Shown: positions 12,301-26,700 of the stretch, piece by piece
How the letters are laid out: each line of letters begins with the position of its first letter
How positions within the stretch are numbered: the stretch's first letter is position 1
Notes under the pieces: model-generated
Database searches by the model: none
Told to the model about the DNA's origin: nothing
The model's input: only the letters and a program-made list of their open reading frames with translations
Assembly (NCBI GenBank): GCA_028534125.1
Contig: CM052816.1
Span: 89,530,001 to 89,594,000 of the forward strand
DNA length: 64,000 nucleotides
DNA from: Lama glama
Taxonomy: Eukaryota
Reading direction: 5' to 3'
Translations under genes and position numbers: made by a program

Positions 12301-15139
12301 CCTTTCTAAGAAATGATTTTATGTGACCTTGGCAAGTGCTCTCTTCATCTCTAAAATGAAGAAAATTCTTAGAATTCCAGGGCCCTTCCAAGCCTGAGAT
12401 TCTATGACTATATGTCTTGATAAGTCTCAAATTGCTGTAAATGTGGTTTGCTTTATTCTCCTCAAACGACAAGTTACTCCAGTTTTTATAGAGGACTAAA
12501 TCTCTGTCAAAGTGTTTCTTTCTTTTGTGAGTCCCATTAACCATTGATATAGTATTTATCTTTTCTGTTAGTCTTTTCAAGAGGCTAGAGTCACCCTGAA
12601 GCTCTAACATATTTTGATTATGTTATGTGATTACTTCTCTTTACTCTTTAAAAACTATGTTCATATTTAGCATCATTGCTGTCTTCAATATTGTATGATT
12701 TTAGATGTCACTATAATTGGATTCTTTATGTTGTTTGAGCCTTTGTTTCCAACTCTTTCACCAAAATGAATTTAGACTTTTCATTGAGAGAATAAAGCTT
12801 CATTTTTAAAGTATTGTTTATTACACCTGTATTTAAACAAATTATTGCCAATTTGTGTGATCAACTATGCAGTTAACCCATTACAGATGAAAACGGTCTG
12901 AATCTTTCTATTATTTAATTTTGCAGTCTTTGGCTCATTTGTGCATATGGTTGTAGCATTTCTGGAGAAACTGTTTTTTGATGCAGAGTTGGAGTAGGAA
13001 ACTAAACAGTAATTTGTGAAATAGGTTTTCTGAAGTGTATTTGTATTGCGACAGTTCCTCTTTCTATGACAATTGCTTTTAGAATTACAGACATTTCTAT
13101 TACAGATGTTGTGCATTTAAATAGAACAGCATGTGGCTATGGAAAAGAGACTGGTCATTTCTGAAAGCAGAGGTTCAAACACATAGAACAGCAGAGTTTA
13201 GATTGATTCAGCTATCAATATAAACTTCAATAATATATTTCTCTGAGATAATCTGTTTTCCTGTTCTGAAAAAAAAATATTTTAAGTACCTTGCATGAAA
13301 AACAAAAGAAGAAAAAGAAAGTCATGCATACATGAAATTTGAAATCAGTCCCCAAAATAGAATAAATCCAAAGCAGCTGAGACATGCCTATACCTAGAAA
13401 CTTTGGGGGGGGGGAAATAAAGTGAATGCTTTCTATCTTATTGATATTAAATTTTCCTCTATTTTTTCTTGTTAGAAGTAAAGTTAGAAAACATAACATG
13501 TAAAAGAAAACATTTTATTACATAACACCAGCCTCTGCTCCCATGACATCCAATTATTAACAATAAAACTTTATGTGAAAAAGGTTAACTTGATCAGTAG
13601 AGATTTTACATCTTGTCAAAGTTAACCTCAACTAACTAACAAAAGTTGGTATTATTATCAAATAAATGATCATTTGAAGTTATATTATACAGCAAACCAT
13701 TAATATAAAGAAGATGCAATATATAAAGATGCAATTTCATAGAATTTCATTTTTAATTTAAATTTTAGTTAAGGTTAACTCATTTATCAAATAGAAGACT
13801 ATGTTATGTGTATAAATTTCTGACACTATTTTTTTCCTAATAAAATGTTCTAGAAATAATAGACTTTAAATGTGCTTTGAACACACTTAAACAAGGGAAT
13901 AATTTTATTTAATAAAAGAAATATAAAACTGGTTTTAATTAGTTTCTACCAAGAGTGAATCCATAGTCATGCGCCTTATCAAAAAATTCTGCTAGTAATT
14001 GTTTATGAATACCACCAATCAATTTGAATTATTTTTCTCCCTTTGTTAAAATAAATCTATGACTATGTTTCTCTCAAATCTTTGAAAACAATCACTTTAT
14101 GCACTAATTACATTATGTGCAAATGATGGAAAACATCTGAGTTCAGTTAGAAGGAATGAGAGTCAGAAAATAAATTTTTATGAATTGTACTCCACCAACC
14201 AGTTGCACAGAAAACACATGTAGCAGAGTGTAGATACGTCGGTAAACCTGAGAAAAAAGGCAGACAGTATTGATGATGGAGACATGGTGGTTATCTAGAT
14301 ATCTCCCAGAAGCTTAAGTCTCCTAAAATCCATAATCATGTTAACTTCTCAGGAATGTGTTCTAATAAAAGTCTGAAGAAACATTAAGTGGAAATCCCAT
14401 TTCCTAATGAAAGAGAAAAGGTTATTAGTAAAACAACTAAAAAAGAAATTGAATATACCCTCTTTTTAAGAGAATATCTAGGAATTCTAGATTTAAAACA
14501 CAAAAACAAAAAGGCCAACATGCTAGGTTTCTGGAAGCATCTCTCAGAAATACTATGGAAAAATATCTAAGTACAGATGCATGTCCAACATTTCTACAGA
14601 TGTTCAAGGTGAATGGTTCACTCTTCAACACAATGTGATAATCAACTTATCACTGACTTTGTAGACAATACTGAGAACTGTTTCTGAGAAAGACAAATTT
14701 GCCATGAGTGAGCTTCCTGGTGAATTCAGATTTGAAATGACCTGTATAAAAATGGAAGGGGTATTTATATCTTTAGGGAGAACAAAAAATAAATAGTAAA
14801 CAGAATATAATATGAATTCTATCAGTGCTTAAATTGAATAAGCTCATGTTGTAAAAATGATAAGAAAATTTAAAATAACATAAATTAACTTTGAAGTGAG
14901 AAAAAAAATTGTCCCAAAGAAGTAATAACAGAAAACACAAAATAGTTCAGTTTATTTACATTAATTGTTCTTTACCAGTCCCCTTCAAAACTGCATTCTA
15001 GGCTGAGAAGTGAACTTAGACTTGTCTATATGTTATGATGTATCATTGAGAAAATAGGACTGCAAATTGGAGAATCACAATGAATGAACAGTAGGAGTGA
15101 GAGGACATTTTGGGTAAATACCCAAAAGAAAAATTTATA

Positions 15140-15654
15140 CAGCCATCCCTTGGTATCTGTGAGAAATTGGTTCTAGAATTCCTCCCTCCTACCCTCTCCC
15201 CCAGGCATACCAAAATTCACAAATGCTCAAATCCTTATATAAAATGATGTAACATTTGCTTGTAACATAGACACATCCTCTTATATATATTTTTATTGTT
15301 ACTATTTTTTATCTTTTAGGGGGGAGGTAATTAGGTTTACTTATTTTTAGAGGAGATTCTGGGGATCTAACCCAGGACCTTGTGTGTGATAAGCATGCGA
15401 TCTGCCTCTTGAGATATGCCCCCTACCCTCATACACTTTAAATCATCTCTTATAATTACTTGCAATACCTAATACAACGTAAATGCTATGTAAATAGTTG
15501 TAGAGACAATGCAATTGTCATGTAAATAGTTGCCAGCACATAGCAAATTCACGTTCTGCTTTTGGAACTTTCTGATTTTTTTTCTTTTTTATTATTTTTG
15601 GTCCACAGTGGTTGACTCCACCTGTTCAGAACCATGGAAACAGAGGGCTGACTG
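15140..15654 (+). mobile_element. MER2/MER2B-like TcMar-Tigger DNA transposon, interrupted by a SINE
   Basis: TA|cagccatcccttggtatctgtg ... catggaaacagagggctgactg|TA inverted termini with TA target sites; internal tttaaatcatctct...acctaatacaacgtaaatgctatgtaaatagttg. Confidence 0.85.
15290..15430 (-). mobile_element. tRNA-derived SINE (camelid Vic-1-like)
   Basis: Reverse complement reads ggg..catatctcaagaggcagatcgcatgcttatcacacacaaggtcctgggttagatccccag...aaacctaattacctccccc followed by an A-rich tail. Confidence 0.8.
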
Positions 15655-17224
15655 TATTTGTTTTATCTAACCCTGAAAACAACTTTGAAAATTTGACATT
15701 TATTTCAATTTTCTATTAAGTAAATCATGTGTGGAAAATGTAGTTATATTCTTCAGATTTTGTGCACCCTGATCTCCATGGAGCTTTTCCTGAACTTGAG
15801 AAAAATCATCAAGATCACTTCTGGTCATCCATCTATTTATACTCAGAAGTCAGTAATGAGAGAAAAAAAAAAATCTATCCAGAGATAAGTTGTAGTTTAA
15901 ACAAAAAAGAAACTAAACAATCAGCAAATACATAAATGTTTATTTCATAAATAAATCACACGGAAGGAAAAAATGAAGAGAAGAATGATAGAAATGCCTT
16001 GGAATATGTGGAGGGCGGGGCTTTACCCAGGATCTCTGGGGGAGAATTAAATTCTGAGCCAGGATGGGAAAAGATATAAGGAAGGAGCCATGGGAGGAGT
16101 TTTCGGAGGAAACTGATCACTTCTGTATCCTGAAGCACTTTCTTTGCTTTCACTTCATGAAAACACATGCTTTTCTGGTCCTACTCCCCCCATCACTCAT
16201 TCTCAGTACTTTCTATTTTTCTCCTCACCTGCCTCACAAGCTAATGGTCTCAGTACATGAAGAGAAATTTACCTATTAACTATGATACCTTTTGACCAAC
16301 TGTTTCCCTTGTAAAATAATGAAATGGGGTGAAATTGAGTAAATGTTCTTAGAAATTATGTCAGTTTCTGAAATGGACATAATGATATTTCATATGCCGA
16401 AAATACGATTTTTATGGCTCTTTTTCCTCCTGTTTTCAGTTTCTCTAAGGGAAGACTGAGAAGAGGACACCTAAGCATTGATACTAATTTTTTAAAGGAA
16501 ATTATTATCTTGCTTGTTGGTTTCCATATTTATTGTTTAAGATTGCAATGGCTGTAACTATTAGAATTTGTGTGCTACTCTTAGGCTGTTTGGTTTATAT
16601 ATTCTAGCTTTCTCTGATCCTTAATGTGCATAAAGTCCAAATTTTGATATTTTTATTTGCTCAGCCACTAGCAATGAAAAACACTCCATGAAGCTCTGAG
16701 CAGTCCGGTTTTGCTTCTGCCGCTGTTCTAGAGCTTTGAGGCGCGTCACACTCCTTTGGGGACCCAGCATCCTCATTTCTAACATATGGAGGCTGGATCA
16801 TGATCTTCTGAAACAGAAATTATAACTCTGCTGCTATTGCATTTACTGACTGAGACCAACATGTACTGAAAGGCTAGGCTACATCAACACTGGGATATTT
16901 GTATTTGTACGAATAATATTTCATGTCTCCCCAAACAGGTTTTCATACAAAATCTTATGACTTATTGGCCCCAAGGTATTGTGAGTGATAAAGGAAAAAA
17001 AAATCAAATTTCTACAATGCTAGAAAATAAAGTGTGAATGATTGTAAGATGCATCGTAATACAGTTTTCTTAAAATCCAATGCAAGGGAGAGCAAATTAA
17101 TTGGTACTTTTACTAGATTAGGACTTTGAAAAGACTCAAGGTAGATACTGAAAATGTTATAATATAATTAAACTCAAGGAAATAGGCCAAATTTACTATT
17201 TAATTTTGTTTTTTTTTTCTTTAG

Positions 17225-17342
17225 GTTATTCATACCATCAGTGCCACTGATAAGGATGATTTTGCCAATGGACCAAGGTTTAACTTCTTTCTTGATGAAC
17301 ACCTGTCTATAAACCCAAACTTCACTCTGAAGGACAACGAAG
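17225..17342 (+). CDS. CDH18: Cadherin-18 coding exon (EC5), 118 bp
   Basis: Long poly-T tract then ttag|, donor G|gtgaac. Translates to VIHTISATDKDDFANGPRFNFFLDEHLSINPNFTLKDNE plus 1 nt, with the ATDKD motif; phases match both neighbouring exons. Confidence 0.96.
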
Positions 17343-19899
17343 GTGAACGTGAATACATATATTTTTTGATCGATGTAGTGTCTGCTTTGACTTGATAGGG
17401 AGTAGGCCTGAGCAGCTTTGCTCTATTCTTATATACCCATGAACAGCTTGCAAATCAACATTCAACGTCAGTTTGATGTTAATGTGTTATGATCTGAGAA
17501 TAGCTTGTATTTAAAATTGAGCCATATGTACAAATAGCTTTCATTGAGTTTATTCAGAAGCATCCCTTTAAACAAGAAATGTACATGTAATATGCTCTTG
17601 GGCAAATTTTAAGAGAAATCTTAGCTGACAAACATGTTTATGAGCTGCTGTAACTGCTAGGAGGTGGAAAAATTTAAATTAGGAAAAATGAAAAATATGT
17701 CCTAGGGACAGTTAGGAAAAGAAATGCAATGTTTGAAATCATCTTGCATTAAATTAGCAAGGCTATGGAGATCTGCTATACCCAGTATATTTCCTCTTGC
17801 TATTATGAATATTTTCCAAAATATCGGTGGACACATGTGCATAATTACAGAGCATCGTGGAATGTTTGAATTACTTTTGTTTAACCTTCTCTGTTGTGTG
17901 AGAAAAAAGAACACCATAATAAGTAGTGAAGATTCATCATGATTTAGATTCCTTATTTGGCAGATCCCTCAAAGTCTTGCAAAATCATTCTTCCATCTGT
18001 AAGGGAAACAGCAAGCCACCGATATATAATGGTGTCCTCATTAGCATCAACTTTCTTCTTCTCAGAACTATCTTTGATCACATTTATCTGAATATACTGT
18101 TCTGTAGGTTTGAACACTTGCCCCAGGATCACATGAAAGAAACAGTGGCACATACATTTTGGAGTAAACATTTAATTCCTTGTCTGTACCCTTCATGGAG
18201 AAGCATTTTCAAATACAAGGAAAAACAAAATCACTAAATGACCACACAGGAGAGCATTTTTCCCATTGATCCCTACGCTTCTTTAAATTATAACAAGGAT
18301 ACCAAATGGTGTGTTTGGCCATAACGGGGTTTATAGGAAAATATAAAGCTTGTCTCTCCCATTTTAACTATCCCTGTGGTCAGCTCTACTTATGGGATAC
18401 ATGTGTGTGTATGACAAATTGTAGTTAAGTGACTATTGCACATTTATTTACATTTGAATATCCTGTCCTATGATTCCAAATATATTTATTATAATTAACT
18501 ATGCTAAATATATACAAATCAATTCATATTTTCCCCAAATCAAATAATTGTGCAATTTGGGAAGCATTGAACTCTCTGCTTTAGTAGACTGAAATCTACT
18601 ATATGTAGAAATCATGTGTAGAAATAATATATTTAGAAATTGTCTTATTTCAGTAGAATTTTTTCCATTCCAAGAAAGATTTTATTTCACATTTTAAAAG
18701 TAATTTTAATTTGATGATATTATAAAGAAAATTTGCCTTAGATTTAAAGATGTGTTACAGTCACTCTAATGTATATAACTCTGAAAGTATTTTAGAAAAA
18801 TAAAAGACTTTTATGGCTGTTGAAACCCACATTAGTGACTAAAAGTTCTACATTCAAGATTATTATGCCTGGAATTTTTAAATTTAACTAATGAGTATAT
18901 TCAAAAGGTCTTAATTCTATGATTTGACAACATTGCCAGTTCTGGGAACTCACATTTAAGACATTTCCCTCAAATATATACACACTTGCTCTTATGACAC
19001 TTTTGAAAGTGTTCATAATGCTGATGAATGCTTTAAATCAGCTATGCCATCTCTAGCGTCTGATGCCTGCAGACAGTTGTGTAAGCATAAAGATGTTTTA
19101 ATTTAATTATGAATTTATTTAAAACAAATTTCATTTAAACATTTTTGAGAACTGATGAAGTTACAAATAACACAAGTAATTTCTTTTGGATAGGAAAAAA
19201 ACAGCAATTTTCAGGAAAAAAGATACTAGTGCACAGGTGAAATCATGAGCTTGTGCAAACAGCGTTGCGTGTGCTGGGTAAGACAAACCACCGAACTCCT
19301 CTGAGCCTCAGCTTTTACATTCGTGAGCCTTTTAAAATGCCTGTTTTGTAGCATTGAGAGAATTAATGATACTCTGTATAAAGGTATTAAAGTCATAGTA
19401 GCTTGTTCTCCAAACACAAGGCAGTTATGGATAATGACATATAAAGATGAAATTAAAAGTGGAACAGCCTTAGCAAAATGAATACCTGCCTTCGTGGGTA
19501 CACCCTCTGGGTAACCACCAGGACAAAAGCACAAAGAGGAAGAGTCAGCAAATCCAGGCCTCCTGGATTCTGGCCGCTTGGGCACTGAGCTATATGAGTT
19601 AGTAGATGTTTACGTGCCCCCAGAACATAATGAAATCCAGAAGAAAAAATTAAAACTATTATTTTTCTGTGCCCACAGCTTATAGGAAAGTGCATATTCA
19701 GGGAATAATAAAAAGCAGACAGAGCCTCTAAGCCAGGATGAAGGATCAGGAAGCCATTGGTTCAGCAGAATCTCCAAACTGCTTTATGGCAAAGAATGAG
19801 TGAAAAAAAAAAAGCTGTTTCCAAAATAAGACAGAGGGAAATGCATTATCATTGTGTATGATAAGCCTGAAAGTCAAAAAATAAGAAGACAGTCAATAA

Positions 19900-22300
19900 A
19901 TTATAAATTAGAAAATGAATTCACTCTGAATAATACAATATGCATAAATGAACATAAAAAGTCTAAATAGCATTTTTAAACTTAAAAAAAATCCTTTTAA
20001 AGAGCAAGAAGTGACAACATGAAATGAGACAACAGTGAACGAAAATGTTTGCTTAAAAATGGTTTTAAAATCCTTATCAGAATAAAACTAGTTTTGCAAA
20101 GATAGAAAAGTACATAGAGTGATATGAAAATATATAGGTTTCATATTATATACATAACTATAAATAAACATATAAACAGACATTTAAATTTTAGATTTTG
20201 TTTTAAGTATATGTATGTAGGTATATCACATGATATATACATATAAATATAGGTAAATATATAGAAATATGTATGAAACTATATTTAGAAATATATAGAG
20301 ATTTAGTTATATACATAGAGTTATATAGATATAAATTATCCATACATTTTAGATTTAATTATGTATATACATGTATAATATGTATATGCATATATATTTA
20401 CATACACACAGATACACAGTGAGAACAATTGAAAAAAATAGCATTACTTCTAGGCTGGACACAAAGAAAGATTAAGCAAGTCAAATGTAAAAATCATTAA
20501 TTCAAGCAAACAAAGTCCAGATAGATCAAAATTTTTTTAAATTGTGAGAACACTTAACAGATATGGGATATAAAATATCTGGAAGAATTAAGAAGACAAT
20601 AAAGCAACAGGCAATATAAATATTACATGATAATTTTTTCAAATTTGGACCCTCATGATGAATATAAACACCAAAAGGCAAACACAGATCTATACTTGGA
20701 TATGCCAGTTTAAAAGTGCCAAACCTCAAAGATAAAGAGAAAAAAATTAAGCTATCAAAAAGAAATGGTAGAACACTTGAAAAGCAATACTAATTAGATT
20801 TAAAGTAGATTCCTGTTTAAAAGAAAAAAAAAGATGATTTTTTTTTTGCCAGAACTTGATTTTTTTAATCAGAAGATGATTTTTTTATTAGAAGTTGATA
20901 ACAATTATATGCTCAAACTGGTAAAGGAAAATAATTTCTTATTGCCAACCTTCTCTATAGTTATCCATGGTGAGCTATCAGGAATTAAGGGGAAACAATC
21001 ATTGAAGACTTTTTCCAATGTATAAGAAAAGAAAATTTTTATTTTTAGTTACTAACATTTTGGCAAATATTTTATTAATCTCTGCCTTCAGGATCTCTGC
21101 AAGAAAAAATAGACAAAAAGATTTGCAATTAGTATTTCATTTCAAATGTTAAAACTTGAAGAATTAGCATTGAATTAATAGAATAGTAATCTGTAATTTC
21201 CAAAACAAGGAAAGATTTTTTTTAAGTTAAATAATAAAGATATCAATAGAACAGAGATCAGAAAGTAGTGTAAAAGATGCAAAGTAGAAATATGGAAAAA
21301 CTTTTTAAGAAGTAGAAACTAGTATACCATAGACCATAATCATAAAATAACTATCATTCTTAAGGATATTTTACTATAGGTTTAAAATATACTGTTACAT
21401 GTTGCTAACAAGAAATATACCAAATTTAGCATATGATAGGAAATTTGTGTATAAAAAGTTAGAAATATTTAGCTGTTGCTTAAAAAAAAAAAAAAACAGC
21501 TACTGCTGAAAAAGAAAACAAATCCAAAACTTGCTCTCTTAAAACACATTTATTTAGCTCACATTTCTAAGAATAAGCAATTTCTGATGGATTCACCTGG
21601 GCAGTTCTTTTGGTCTCAGGATACTTTCAATTAATACAATTAATCAGCATTGTATTGAATGTTCTCCTCAATCCAAAAAGATAAAACAAAAGCAAAAACA
21701 AACAAAACAGCAATAATAAATAGAAACAGAACACAAAATTATCATTGTTAATGAATGATGCAATTGCCTCTGTAAATAAATTAAGAGAATCCACAGAAAC
21801 ATCTTTAAGAAGCAATGAGAGAGATTGACAAGTTTTTGAAATACTAATAAATGCCCCAAGTGGCTAGATTTCCTATATTAAAAAAAAAGAATAAATATCA
21901 AATCAGATATAATTTAAAATGGTAAAAAAAAAATCAAACAAATTAACAAAAAAACTGCAGTCATCAGAGGAAAAATATCCAATAATGTTTAATTTCACCA
22001 TTATCAAAGGCAAAGTTACTGAAAATATAAAAACAAACCAGAGAAATAATATGTTAACCACAGTAGTAAATCCAAACACTCAATTTCCATAGTAATCTCT
22101 AAATTAAATATAATTTTAATCATAATCAGAATTTAATAATCTGTTAATAAAATGCAAATGGTAAAAGATTGAGAAAAGCAAGAATGTAAGATGATGAAGA
22201 AAGTGTATAGTTAGAGAAAAAAGAGCATATCCCAATAGATATCAAGACATTATACAGCCTTTAAATCTCTATAAAAGGAAGAAATGGTTATCAACTACAG
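19900..22300 (+). mobile_element. Highly degenerate old L1 remnants, with a TA-rich low-complexity block at about 20110-20420 and an MLT-like fragment at about 21500-21620
   Basis: A-rich strand bias and scattered L1-like phrases. Boundaries uncertain. Confidence 0.4.
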
Positions 22301-22438
22301 CAGTGTTTGGACTACCTTTTCTTTGAATGGATGTGTTTGCTTTGATGGAACTCTTGCTTCCTTGAACAGAATATTAGCTCAAGGAATAATTTGTTAATTT
22401 TTTCTTATTATAGAGATATTATAAAGATATAAAGGTAC

Positions 22439-22790
22439 TGTAAGCCTTGACAGCTGGAAATTTTCTTTATTAATGTAACTGACTGTCTAAAATTTGATCG
22501 ACTGCCAGAGACCCACTTCAAAGAGGCATTCATTTCAAAGATGGCTGTTTCGAGTAAGCACACTGCCAACCACTAGTGGATAAAAGCCAGCTCCCCGATC
22601 TGCCTTTGTGCTCGAGATTTTGGGTAATTTCATTAACTGAACATTTGGGCTGTTTGGGATTTTTTCCTCCCCTAACTTTAGATTCCTGCTTTTATGTTTT
22701 AAATGCATCTATAAAGAGTGAGCTCTAGAAATACTAAACCCCGACCCTTGACACCAGTAAATGCTAAACCCCAGAGACACCCTGAGAGAA
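22439..22790 (+). mobile_element. Probable LTR fragment
   Basis: Starts tgtaagcc; contains a TATA-like ctataaag and a degenerate poly(A)-like ccagtaaa; composition differs from the flanks. Confidence 0.35.
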
Positions 22791-23500
22791 TTCTTCTATT
22801 GACCGGCCCTATCTGCTTGCTAGATAATTACATTTAAGACAATGTTCCATGTTGTTCCAGATCTTCATCATCTTTGTTAGACCTTACCTACTGTATGTTT
22901 TTATCCCTCGTTAATTTGGAATCTGCTGATTTCTCTGAACATTGGAGAACAAATGTCTTCTTAAATGTTCCATCCTATTTATATAAACGTTTATTTGGGG
23001 CTTTTTTTTTTTTTTGATTCACTGTAGTGGAAAACACCAACATGCAGCTTATAATCTGCTAAAGAAAGCAAATGTCCTATCAAATCAAATACAGCCACTC
23101 AGAGAACATGTGGTCCAAACACTCATTGCTTTGGTTGATAGCCATTAGTTTTCCCTTTTATAGAAATGTAGATCTCTGGTGAAATTCTCTAGCCTTTCTG
23201 TTATATTTTCTATCTTTGTTTCCTTCTATTTTCTTGAACATATTAATCTTAATGGTTTTACTATCATTGCCAGCTAATTCTATTTTGTCAATATGATAAT
23301 AGGCTTTTGTTTTTGTTTTTCGTCAGGGGGACTGGAGAGACAGGACTGGGATTTACAGTCTTGTTTCTTAATATGTGTAGTAATTTTTAGTTGGCTGTCC
23401 CACATACTGTCTAAACCTAGAAGAGTCTCAAATGGCAGTGTATTTCTTCAGAGAGTGTTCACCATTTTCTTGGATAAGCAATTAGAGAGGGACATTATTA

Positions 23501-24014
23501 CAGGCATGCCTCAGAGACATTGTGGGTTTGGTACCAAACCACCACAATAAAGCAATTGTCATAATAAAGTGAGTGCTATGAATTTATTTTTATTTTCCAG
23601 TACATATAAAAGTTATGTTCACACTACACTATAGTCTATTAAGTGTGAAATAGCATTATGTTTTAAAAAATGCTGATACATGCTTTACTTTAAAACTGCT
23701 TTATCGCTAAAAAATGCTAACCATCATCTGGGCCTTCAGTGAGTTATTATGTTTCTACAGTGGCAACGTTAAAGATCACTGATCACAGATCACCATAATA
23801 ATAAAAGTTTGAAGTATTGTGAGAATTACCAAAATGTGACAGAGAGGCAGGAAGTGAGCAAATACTGTCGGGAAAATGGCACCAGTAGTCCTGGGGGACA
23901 CAGGGTTGTCTGTCCACCTTCAATTTGTTAAAAAAAAAAACACACACACACACACACACACACAGCATCTGCAAAGCACAATAAAGCAAAGCAAAATAAA
24001 AGGAGGTATGCCTG
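23501..24014 (-). mobile_element. Tigger1 internal-deletion derivative (about 510 bp), with an internal (CA)n
   Basis: Inverted termini caggcatgcctc ... gaggtatgcctg, a 5' TA flank, and Tigger1 end sequence (tgagaattaccaaaatgtgacagagag...caccttcaatttgt). Confidence 0.85.
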
Positions 24015-25879
24015 CATTTTAGTCCATCAGGCTTGAGCTAAGTCCGGGCTAGTTTGCAGTTTTGTTTAGATTCAGTACACTGCTGATTTACCTGTGTCCC
24101 GAGGACATAGCCCTCTGGGCCTTCCAGCTGAGAGCCTGTTTGTACAGTCGGGCCATTCACCCTGATCCCCTAATCTTAATTACTGTCTGTTCAACAGGAA
24201 TAGATGGAGAGGGGACAATGCTCTTCTTCGTCTTCCAGGGCTTTTCCACTTAAAGCTTTAGATTTCTGCTAAACTTTCAGTTTAAACTTTCAACTTAACA
24301 AATGTGTTTAGGGAGAATCAGCCACGTGTTTAAGGGCCCTCAGTTTCCAACGTGACTGCAGGCCCAGGAGACTTTTAAAAGCTCTTCTAGTTTCTCTGTC
24401 CCCAGCTGAGAATTCCAGCCTCCTGTTAGTTCCCAGTATAAACACATACGTTGTAATCAAGTTCACCTCCCCAGACTTTTCCGCTCTCTGGGATCTTCAC
24501 CCCTCCGCTGACCACGTGTCAGCCATTCTCGGACACCATTCAACAAATTTCCTTGAAGATTTCAGGCTTTTCTCTTATTTATTAGCAGGAGTATTGGTTA
24601 GTCAGAAACTGCTAATTTATCTAGACTTACATTTTGTATCACAAGAACCATTTGGCAAGTTTCATTAAATAGCTGGGATACAAACTGAGCTTGGAAGAAA
24701 GGACACTGTTCAGTAATAATCTAATCATTGAGCTGCTGGCTGCCTGGTTGTTCATTGATATGCTAGATATTTGTTCTTAAAATTTTAATTAAAATTGATT
24801 CATGGATCCCACCCCATCCCCGAACAAAACCGGGATCCTCTCCAAAATTTCTGAGGATTCTATTATGGGGGTGGGTTGCACAACATTGTCACTCTTGGTG
24901 CCAGTCACCAACACAAATAATTTTTCTCTATTTTTTCTGGCTTGTTTTCTCTGTTACTCTTCTATGCCTGCTACCATCTTTCTCCTCAAAGTACCAAGTG
25001 CTTAAGGCATAAAGTATTAACCAAAGGTAGGGTGAACAGAATGGGGAAAGAGCAGCCCAGCTTAGCAGATGTCTAAAAGGGATAATCAATGAAGGAAATT
25101 GTAGCCTAAAAATCAATGTCAAACTCATTCTTTAAAAGAAAAACATCTTCACTAAAATACAATGTACAGCTAAATAAACTTAACTTATAGATAGATCCTA
25201 AAAATCATCTCCAAAGCAGAGTGGCATTGAGAGTTAGAAGAAGAAGAAATTTAGGTACTAGCCCAAATCTACCCAGTAAGTCTTCCTGTATTGGAGGAAT
25301 CCCTACAAATCAGAGCTCAAAGACCCTCCCTAGGTGGAGGATCACAGGACACTGCAGGGTGATGCAGACGGAAGGACAGAGGCAGTTAATGTATATTGGG
25401 GTGTACTTTATATTAGAAAGAGAAAACCATACTTAAACAACTAAATAAGACTTTTTGAGTTGATGCATGAAAATATTACCAATTTTAAAATTCTGGTGAG
25501 ATGAAAAAATTCAAATGGACACTGCTGAAAACTGAAGCAGTAGTCTGAAAGATCAAAGAGGAGGCAATGCTGCCCAAGGGAATGGTGCTTTCTCCATCCT
25601 CCCCTCTCCAGGTGAGCTGGGAGGCAGAGTATGTGTCCTTGGCACCTCCCTGCTCCATTGAGTCTTGTGGCTTTTTGCTACCTCTCTTGCTTCCTCTCAT
25701 CTGGCAACCTCCAGTCACTTCCCCCTTTTCACCAAAGTCTTGAGAGCACTTTCTCCATCCATACTTGAAATCATAACTGGAAAAATCCATTGTCCAAAAG
25801 AGCAAGTTAACCAGCACTTCAGTCACCCATCAACACTCAATACCCGACAGTGATCACCGAAGCAGATTCATGTTTTATA

Positions 25880-26270
25880 TGAAGTAAGTCAGACAGAGAA
25901 AGACAAATATCATATGATATCACTTATATGTGGCATCCAAAAAATAAAAAAGAAAGATATATTTATAAACTAGAAATAGACTTATGGACATAGAAAATAA
26001 ACTATAGTTACCAAAGGGGAACAGGGTCGGGGGGAGGGATAAATTAGGCATTTGGGCTTAGCATACACACATTGACATATATAAAACAGATAAACAACAA
26101 GGACCCTACTGTATAGCACAGGGAACTATAGTTAATATTTTATAATAACCTATAATGGAAAATAACCTGGAAACAAATACATGTAGATATGCATACGTAT
26201 AACTGAATCACTTTGCTGTACACCTGAAACTAATACACACTGTAAATCAACTACACTTCAATTTAAAAAA
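25880..26270 (+). mobile_element. 5'-truncated cetartiodactyl-type L1 3' UTR
   Basis: gaagtaagtcagacagagaaagacaaatatcatatgatatcacttatatgtgg ... ctgtatagcacagggaacta ... ctgaatcactttgctgtacacctgaaactaa ... cttcaatttaaaaaa. Confidence 0.9.
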
Positions 26271-26334
26271 TGACAGATGTGGTTATATGATGCCCTGAAC
26301 CTCCCTAATCAGAGCACATACCACGCTGTGAGCT

Positions 26335-26460
26335 CTCTCCCCATTTAGACCGTAAGCTCTGCAAGGACAGGGATTTCTGTCTGACTTATTTACTATTTTC
26401 CTAACTGCTTCCCCAATGCTGGACACAGAGGAAATTTCAGATAAATATTTGTTAAATGAA
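26335..26460 (+). mobile_element. L2 3' end
   Basis: tagaccgtaagctctgcaaggacagggatttctgtctg ... ataaatatttgttaaatgaa. Confidence 0.7.
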
Positions 26461-26514
26461 AAAAAAAAAGAAGAAGAAAAAGAAGAAGGAGGAGGAGCAA
26501 CACAGAAGGATGCT

Positions 26515-26700
26515 TTAGAATTAGACTCTAGAAACAGGTGGCCTCCATTTGAAACCTGGTTCCTCTGCTAATTGTGAGGCCACGGCCAAGTCCTTGCTCT
26601 CAGTGGGTCTCAGTTTCTCCTTTTGTCAAGTGGAGACATGGAGGCAATTACTACTTCATTCTTATGAAGAGAGAGCAAAATATGAAGAATTTGAAATCAC
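26515..26700 (+). mobile_element. MIR SINE remnant
   Basis: tttgaaacctggttcctctgcta...ggccaagtccttgctctcagtgggtctcagtttctccttttgtcaagtggag resembles the MIR core. Confidence 0.6.
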
